DNA from: Dictyostelium discoideum
Lineage: Eukaryota
Direction: 5' to 3'
NCBI GenBank assembly: GCA_000004695.1
Contig: CM000153.2
Span: forward strand, 2,464,001 to 2,528,000
DNA: 64,000 nt
Shown here: in pieces, positions 56,707 to 64,000 of the stretch
How positions within the stretch are numbered: the first letter of the stretch is position 1
How the letters are laid out: the number at the start of each line of letters is the position of its first letter
Notes under the pieces: model-generated
Database searches by the model: none
The model's input: the letters and a program-made list of their open reading frames with translations, nothing else
Told to the model about the DNA's origin: nothing
Made by a program: the position numbers and the translations under genes

Positions 56707-56966
56707 TTTTTTTTTTTATATTTTAATTTTATTTCTTTCTATCTAAATATATATAAATATAATAAAAAAAATAAAAAATGAATAATTAAAATAATAAAAA
56801 TTTAAAAATAAAAAATAAAAAAAAAAAAATTAAAAAAAGAAAATTGAAAAAAAAAAAAAAAAACGAAAAACGACAAAAAAAAAAAAAAAATTAAAATAAA
56901 ATAAAATAAAAAATAAAAAACGAAAATGATTTTTTTTTATTTTTTTTTATTTTTTTTTTTTTTTGT

Positions 56967-58046
56967 TTATTGTGAAATTTCAATTGTTGGAGTTGGATTA
57001 CTTGGTAATAATTGTTTTTTTTCATTTTTAGGGTTACTACTACTACTTGCAACATTATAATCATCAGCATCTTCATCATTTCCTTCATTATCCTCATCTT
57101 CGTCATCCTCTTCATCACGATTATTATTACCAAAGAATCGGTTTAAGAAATGACCATGGTTATGATTATATTTTGGACGGAATAAAAACAATAATAAAAT
57201 GAAAAATATTGTATTAATTAATAGATTCAATATGGTTACAACTCTATACTTTATATATGGATCAATGAAATGAGCAACAATGATTACAATTGGATGCAAA
57301 AGGAACCAATTTAGGAATACAACAGTGAAAATGAACATCAACTTCTTTTTAGAACCATCAATTTCAATACGATAATATAAATGATTACTAAATAAAAAGA
57401 ATCCAACTATTACACCATACAATGAGACCAAAATGTATCCTGGTGTTGTATCTAAAAAATAGCTATAATTATTACTATTATTATTATTATTGTTTGCATT
57501 AAATTCAACATCAAAAACAAACATTATATAAATTGTCCAACTTAAACCAATCATTGATAACGTTATTAAATAGTTTAAAATTCTTTGGAAAACATTTACA
57601 CCATATTGGGTACTATTTGTCCATCCTTGTCCAATTATTAATAATAATAATAAAAATAATCCATTTCCTAAAATATAAAATACTATTTTTTTCAATTAAT
57701 TTAGAATTAATTTTTTTTTTTTTTTATTATTTTTTTTTTTTTAAAATACTAAAAACATACAATTTCCAAATAATTCAACATATGGAATTTCTTTTGAAAA
57801 ATGAATTATACTTAACCAATTTGTTAAAAATAATATTTGACTTATGATGAAAATTAATAAAACTCCTGAAAAATATTCTAGGATTTGACATCGAATTCCA
57901 TTACTCCATCTTGAAATTATATAATAAAGTGATACACCAAAAAGTCCAACAAAAACACATAAAAATATTAATTGAACTCTTGGTATTACATTTTCATCAC
58001 TATTAACATCATTTAATTCACTACTATTAAAAAATTCCTCTATCAT
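56967..58046 (-). CDS. GPR107/GPR108/TMEM87-like (lung seven-transmembrane receptor family) paralog lacking the N-terminal lumenal domain, 2 exons
   Basis: Exon 1 is 58046-~57760 (genuine ATG; MIEEFFNSSELNDVNSDENVIPRVQLIFLCVFVGLF...WLSIIHFSKEIPYVELFGN, donor GTATGT, phase 1). Exon 2 is ~57693-56967 (LFYILGNGLFLLLLLIIGQGWTNSTQYGVNVFQRILNYLITLSMIGLSWTIYI..., acidic C-terminus). It is collinear with exons 2-3 of the divergently oriented gene at 59362-60794; the LND...GQGW...LGWS motifs and the intron position are shared. Confidence 0.6.
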
Positions 58047-58601
58047 TTATTTTCAATTTTATTATTATTTATTTTTTTAATTATTAAATTTTTTTTTTTA
58101 TTTTTTTTATTTATTTTTCTACAATAAAAATTAATTAAACTGCTTTTTAAAAAAATAAAAAAATAAACAAATAAATTTTAATAAATGATTTTATTATTTT
58201 TATTATTTTCTTTAAAAAAAAAAAAAAAAAAAAAAAATATGGTAATTTTATTTTATTTTTTATAATTTTTATTTTATAATTTTTATGGTTAAATAATATT
58301 AATGATAGTAGTAAAAAAAAAATTATGAAAGAAATGTTGATAGAATTTTATTACTAATGATTATTAATGCTACATTGATTTTTAGTGGGTAATAGTATGT
58401 TTAGATATGTGTGTTAAAAAAAAAAAAAAAAAATTATTCATTTTTTATATTTTTTATTTTTTTTTAAACTTTTTAATGCAAATATTAAAAAATTATAATT
58501 AAATTATTTTTAATAGAAATCTGATTGTTTTTAAAATTTATTTAATTTCATTAAGGTACTAGTTAATAAAAATATTACTTTAGTAATTATTATTAAATCT
58601 C

Positions 58602-58632
<31 letters not shown>

Positions 58633-59361
58633 TCTCAATAAATTTACGCATAATAAATACACAACAAAATATGTTTACTATAAGTTCATTTTTATTTTAT
58701 TTTTTTAATTTTTATTATTTATTTATTTATTTTTTTTATTATTAATTTTTTTAATTTATTTTTTTTATTTTTTTTTTATTTATTTTTTTTTTTATTTTTT
58801 TTTTTTTATAAATCTTATTCATGTAAATGATTAAAAAGGTTAAAATCATTGAAATTAAAAAATATATATGGAGAACACAAAGTGGTTGGTAGCATGGGGG
58901 ATTTTCTATTTTGAGAAAGATGAATTTTTTTTTTTTTTTATTGTGTGTGGGTGTATTTGTTTATTTTTTATTTAAAAATATTATTTTTTTCATTTTTATT
59001 TCCCACATTGGGAAGGTGTTACTTTTGGAAATCATAAAAAATATATAAAAAAAAAATAAATAAAAATACAAAAAAATAAATATTGAAAAAAATAATTTAT
59101 CCACCTCCCAATTCAAGGTAAAGAGTGCTAAAGTGTGTTTTTAAGTGTGTATTTGTTTTGATAATTATTTTTTTTTTTTTTTTTTTAATTATTTATTATT
59201 TATTATTTTTTTAAAAAATTGAATCAAATTGAAAAAAAATCTCTATATAAAGCTAAAATTTTTTTTTTTAATCATTATTCACATCCTATTATAAATACAA
59301 TAAAAACAATAATTACAAAAAAAATTGTCAAATAATTAAAAAAAAAAAAACAAAAAAAAAA

Positions 59362-60794
59362 ATGAATCATTTAAAAATATTTTTATTAGTCTGTTTAACA
59401 ATTTTAGTTTCCACGGTTGGTTCTATGAGGCTAAGCGGTGAAATCTCTTCCAAAGGTACCTTTACTCAATATATTGGTAAATTCTGTTACAATGATAATG
59501 GTGGTAATATTATAGTGGATCTTAACTGGGATCATTATAATATCGATACTGCAAAATTATTATTATTCTCTGATTCAATTGAAAATGTTTTAGAAAAAGT
59601 AGAGTCTTTATCATGTCAAAATACAGTATGTTTTTATAAATATTATTATTATTATTATTTTTTTTTTTAAATATTAATTTTTTTTTTTTTTTTTTTTTTT
59701 AATAAATAAATAAATATAAAAAAAGGTAACACCAAGTTATGTGTTTAATAAATACTCTAATCTTAGTAAAATCTATGAAGTAAAAGGACAACGTGATAGA
59801 TATTGGTATTTGGTTATTCAAAATTGTGAAAAGTTTCCAAGTAATTTAAACTATGATATCAGTCTCTTAAATGATGGTGATTCATTTGATAAATTTCTCT
59901 CAGCTGATCATCAATCTGTACCACAAGCTCATATTTTTTACTTTTTATTCGGTATGGTATTAATTATGGTTTCAATTGTATGGATTGGTCAATACTTTAG
60001 AAGAAATAAATTAAATGGTTGGGTAATTGAATGTTTAATTTTGATAATGATTCTATCATTAATGTCTATATTTTTATATACATTAAATTGGATTTATATA
60101 ATTTATAATTTACCACTTGGTAAAAATATTTTTGAAATTGCAAATTGTAAGTAATAATAAAATATATATAAATTTAAAAATTATTAACAATATTTTTTTT
60201 TTTTTTTTTTTTTTTAAAATTTTATTTTTATTAGGGGTTTATGTTTTAGCAAAGAATTTATTTTTCTTATTGTTAATTTATGCTGGTCAAGGTTGGACAA
60301 CATCAATTTATTCTAAGTCAAAATTAAGAAATTGTATCAATATATTCTTAATTGTATTTAATATTTCATTGGGATGGTCATTAAGTTATATTTATGATTA
60401 TTCGAAACCAGATATTAGACCATACAATTATTATTTAGATTGTTTACCTGGATACTTTTCTTATGTTGCATACGGCTTATTAACGGTCTATTTTATTTAT
60501 TGCAATATAATTTCCTATAGATCATTAAATGATGCTGAGCCGGCTAGAAAAACATTTTTAAAAATTTTCACATTGGTTTTCTCAATATATATGTTGAGTC
60601 CGATTTTGGTTGGTATCATCTCCCATTTCCTTGTGGATTATATGAAATTCAAAGTTTCAACTATAATGAATCACACTTTGGATTTCATATTTTACATTAC
60701 TCTAATGGTGTTCTATAGGCCTACAGCTGGAAATATTTTAGTAACAAAATTAGTAAACCCTTATAATATTGAATTAAGAGAAATTAAATATTAA
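59362..60794 (+). CDS. GPR107/GPR108/TMEM87-like lung-7TM-receptor family protein (signal peptide, lumenal domain and 7TM), 3 exons
   Basis: Exon 1 is 59362-~59627 (MNHLKIFLLVCLTILVSTVGS...SLSCQNT, donor GTATGT). Exon 2 is ~59725-60145 (VTPSYVFNKYSNLSKIYEVKGQRDRYWYLVIQNCEKF...LNDGDSFDKFLSADHQ...IFEIAN, donor GTAAGT). Exon 3 is ~60232-60794 (GVYVLAKNLFFLLLIYAGQGWTTSIYSKSKL...). 'YWYLVIQNC' compares with GPR107 'YSLYFHKC', and 'AGQGW' with 'IGTGW'. Confidence 0.65.
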
Positions 60795-61344
60795 TTAAAT
60801 TTCAAAAAAAATCGATTTTTTTTGAAATTTAATTAATATTTAATTTCTCCAGACCTTTAATTTTTAATAAATAAATAATAATTTAAATGTTTTTTTCTTT
60901 ATACTAAAATAATTTTTAATATTTTTTAATTTTTTTTTTATTTATCTTTATTTTTTTTTTTATTATAAAAAAATGGTTATTAATAATTTTTATATTTTAA
61001 CTTTTTGCAAATATAAAAAAAAAAAAAAAAAAAAAATGGTTATTAATAGTTTTTATATTTTAACTTTTTACAAAAAAAAAATAAAAAAAAAATTATTCAA
61101 ATGAGGTAAAACACCAGTGTTAATATATTTATTTTTTTAAAAAAATAATAATAAAAAATATTAAAAAAATCAACGCGAAAATTGGTGTGAATTTAATCAC
61201 AAAAAAAAAAAAAAAACAAAATAAATAAAAAATAAAAAATAAAAAAAAAAAAAAAAAAAAAAAAAGAAAAAATTTTGAAAATTTTTTCATTTTTTTTTTT
61301 TTTTTTTTTTTTTTTTTGTTTCATAAACATAAATACATAATAAA

Positions 61345-61737
61345 ATGAACTCATTTTTTAGATTAGCTAGAACTTCATTCAACCAAACCAAAACCATCGC
61401 TCAAAGAGGTGGTCATGGTCCAGTCGTATGTATTCATTAGTTATTAAAGAAAATAAAAAAATAAAATCAAAAAAATATAAAATCTAATCAATTTTATTAA
61501 ATTAACACTCAATAATAGGAACTCGGTACCTCTGAATACAGTTTAAGCCCAAGCGTTCATGCTGCTATTTCCCTTTCAGTTAAATTATCAGCTTTTGCCT
61601 TTTTCTTTGCTTACCCATTTGCTGTTATCAGATACCAAAGGTAATATTAAAAAAAATAAAATAAAATAAAACCTATTAAAAAACATTAACTAACCCCACT
61701 ATTTATTTTTTTATAGATCTAAAAAAGAATCTGGTTA
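61345..61737 (+). CDS. Cytochrome c oxidase subunit 7C-like (COX7C / yeast Cox8 family) small mitochondrial protein, 3 exons
   Basis: Exon 1 is 61345-61425 (MNSFFRLARTSFNQTKTIAQRGGHGPV, donor GTATGT). Exon 2 is 61519-61640 (ELGTSEYSLSPSVHAAISLSVKLSAFAFFFAYPFAVIRYQ, donor GTAATA, phase 2). Exon 3 is 61716-61737 (RSKKESG*). This compares with human COX7C '...[45 protein letters not shown]'. Confidence 0.65.
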
Positions 61738-62024
61738 AACTTTTTCTTTAAATAATATAATGAATACAGAATATAAAAATAAAATCAAATAAAATCAAGT
61801 AATATATAACATTTAAATTTTTAAAATTTCATTTTTCTCTCAATCTTTTTGTTTATTTATTTATTTTTATTTTTTACAGTTTATCAATATATGTTTTGGA
61901 TTTTAATAAATTCACAATAAAGAGATATTTCTCAAATTTATGGAAATTGGAAATTTTTTTTTTTAAAAAAGTTATATATATATGTTTTTTTTTTTTTTTT
62001 TTATTATTATTTCAATTTAAAATT

Positions 62025-64000
62025 TTAAATTGGTGAAGGTATACCAATTGTTGATGGTGGAGTTGTTGAAGGAGTTAAAGATGAAGGTGAGGAAGGTGAT
62101 GAAGTAGTAGCGGAAGAAGGACCAGAAGTGATTGGAGCAGTTATTGGGAAATTACTTGAACCAGAAGCAACTGAATGAATATAATCGACATAATTTCTAT
62201 CGGAAGAATAACGATCAACGATTTCTTTGATACGGAATTTTCTGAGTACATAAGGTTTTGAATAATTTGGAGTATTATGACGAACATAACGATAGGCATT
62301 GATAGCGGTTTGACGAACCAACAATGGTAACAATTCCTTATTGACAGCCATACCATGAATTAATGGACCAAATAATGGTACTTTTGATTCTTTACGATAG
62401 ATTTGAATTCTGAATAAACCATTTGGTAGCGGATAAACGATGACCAAAGCATCATTGAATTGAGAGGTGATAGTGGTACTATTGTAATCACGGATATGTT
62501 CGGACCAAATGATGTTTACAATATCATTACCCACATGACGTTTCTTATGAATTTGTTGTGAATCGGTTGGATTGGTTGGCATTAATGTGATATCGTGAAA
62601 GATGGCCTCAACCGATGGAGTTGCATAATATGGAGCATAGACACCAGTTGTCTTTTTACGATCCAAACCACCCATATAGCCTTGATGTTGAGCCAATTCA
62701 ACTGGCCAACCTAAACCATCGACAAATTGACGATAGAGATTTGAAGTGTGAGCATTGGCACCACCTTGACTATTGTATTGTTTGGTTTGGTCATTTCTAA
62801 GGATCTCTTTTTGGTCATCTTGACCTTCGCATGTATAGATGACACCAATCTTTAAGATTTCACGACCAGGAGTGATATCCAATTGAGTTAGAGCACGACT
62901 TAATTTATTTGTTGATTCCAATTGACGTAGAGTGTTGGTATAGATATTAACATCCAAGAAACCTAAATAAGATAAAAGTAAACGACAACTTTGAGAGACA
63001 ATCGATTTTGCTTTATCAGGGATTTGAGCATTCCAAGTGCTACCAATTGGTGGTAATGCGTATTTCTCTTGAGTATTTAATGAATCTTCCCTTTGAATGA
63101 ATGCATTCAATTCATTTTGATTCTTTGTAAAGATATCAACTAGATTTGCTTTCAAACAATTCAATGGTTGATTTAAGAATTTTCCTTGACTTGGTAAACA
63201 TTCTGGATGTTCAACAGAGAGATTCTCCAAGAGTTTATTTAATTTTTCATCCTTTTCAACCGGTTTAACTGTTAAATCATTTGAATATTTATTGATTAAA
63301 TGATAACTATTTTGATTGGAATCTAAAACCATTAGATTACTATTTGTACCCTCCAATAGTGATGGGAGTGGTGATTGTTTAATTTGATTCTCCAAATCAT
63401 AATCACAATCAAAGTTCCAAACATATTTACCGGTTGCGTCACGTATAAATAATCTTGCATAGGAACCTGATCCATTTGGTTTAGGAATTTCAACAACGCT
63501 AATTAATGCATTCTCGTTCAATACACAAAATAATGGTAATGTTGAAATATTAGTTGGTGGTGATGCATTAATTTGTGATGATGATGATTGTTGTTCATCA
63601 TTTTCATCAAATAAAGTTTTATCATCTTCTTCATCAATCATTGAACTAATGAATTCTGCACCTTGTTTTGATGGGAAATTATGAGTGAAATTTAAACAAT
63701 GATTTAATAAAGTTTCACAAGCATCATGTATTACAACGAATTTTGTAGTTTCTTCCTCCTCTTGATTGGTTGAAGTATTTGTTGATTTATCACCACTATC
63801 TCTAAATTTATCATTAATCTTTGAGATAACATTCTTTTTAATTGTTAAATTTTTAGTAACACCTTTAATATGATCCTTTGAATCACCACCGGCATTTAAT
63901 GCATTAGCGGCGGCGGCAGCAGCTTCTTGTTTTAAAATATTTGAAAATGAATTTGAACTCCACATTTCATCTTTTAGACCTAAACCTTCTTCAATACAAC
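62025..64000 (-). CDS. Rap/Ran-GAP domain protein (tuberin/RalGAP/Rap1GAP-like); C-terminal portion only, gene continues beyond the window end
   Basis: The ORF is open to coordinate 64000; the 'M' at 63965 is internal and the frame continues upstream as ...CIEEGLGLKDEMWSS. The Rap-GAP domain reads 'KIGVIYTCEGQDDQKEILRNDQTKQYNSQ...FVDGLGWPVELAQHQGYMGGLDRKKTTGVYAPYYATPSVEAIFHDITLMPTNPTDSQQIHKKRHVGNDIVNIIWSEH' (compare 'IGVLYVxEGQ...GGLD...TG...IFHVxTxMPT...KKRHIGNDxVxIVF'). An S/P/T-rich C-terminus follows. Confidence 0.75.
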   Translation of the reverse strand, partial: CIEEGLGLKDEMWSSNSFSNILKQEAAAAAANALNAGGDSKDHIKGVTKNLTIKKNVISKINDKFRDSGDKSTNTSTNQEEEETTKFVVIHDACETLLNHCLNFTHNFPSKQGAEFISSMIDEEDDKTLFDENDEQQSSSSQINASPPTNISTLPLFCVLNENALISVVEIPKPNGSGSYARLFIRDATGKYVWNFDCDYDLENQIKQSPLPSLLEGTNSNLMVLDSNQNSYHLINKYSNDLTVKPVEKDEKLNKLLENLSVEHPECLPSQGKFLNQPLNCLKANLVDIFTKNQNELNAFIQREDSLNTQEKYALPPIGSTWNAQIPDKAKSIVSQSCRLLLSYLGFLDVNIYTNTLRQLESTNKLSRALTQLDITPGREILKIGVIYTCEGQDDQKEILRNDQTKQYNSQGGANAHTSNLYRQFVDGLGWPVELAQHQGYMGGLDRKKTTGVYAPYYATPSVEAIFHDITLMPTNPTDSQQIHKKRHVGNDIVNIIWSEHIRDYNSTTITSQFNDALVIVYPLPNGLFRIQIYRKESKVPLFGPLIHGMAVNKELLPLLVRQTAINAYRYVRHNTPNYSKPYVLRKFRIKEIVDRYSSDRNYVDYIHSVASGSSNFPITAPITSGPSSATTSSPSSPSSLTPSTTPPSTIGIPSPI

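Overview
This window reads as chromosomal DNA from Dictyostelium discoideum or a close dictyostelid. It is about 22% GC, with enormous poly-A/T and AAT/CAA microsatellites, poly-N/poly-Q coding tracts, and short AT-rich GT...AG introns. The first ~3 kb is a gene-free, low-complexity desert. The remainder holds about 33 protein-coding genes on both strands, many of them multi-exon; I rebuilt the exon structures by hand from GTAAGT/GTATGT donors and (A/T)nAG acceptors. The supplied ORF track appears to allow non-ATG starts (TTG, GTG, ATT translated as M), so several track 'M' residues are not real initiators. Coordinates from my own reconstruction may be off by 1-2 nt. Recognisable genes include a GT10 alpha-1,3-fucosyltransferase, a SARAF/TMEM66-like protein, TRAX, an XLF/Cernunnos-like NHEJ factor, a ricin-B plus bulb-lectin gene, a copine, a PLAC8 protein, a Sir2-family deacetylase with an N-terminal UBP-type zinc finger, an NDR/LATS-type AGC kinase, a double twin-Cx9C CHCH protein, an LRR+IPT/TIG+EGF+TM receptor-like protein, IscA, an eIF4E-family protein with very long N- and C-terminal extensions, an E2F-type protein with two winged-helix domains, EBP2, two head-to-head GPR107/TMEM87-like 7TM paralogs, COX7C, and the C-terminal part of a RapGAP-domain protein that runs past the window edge. 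The two strongest non-coding calls are both short GC-rich islands in the AT-rich background. One is an 88-nt selenocysteine tRNA gene (anticodon TCA, long variable arm, pol III T-run) at ~11146-11233. The other is a 71-nt Ala-like tRNA element (G3:U70, A73, anticodon CGC) at ~19006-19076 on the minus strand. No CRISPR array, prokaryotic operon or clearly intact transposon is present.
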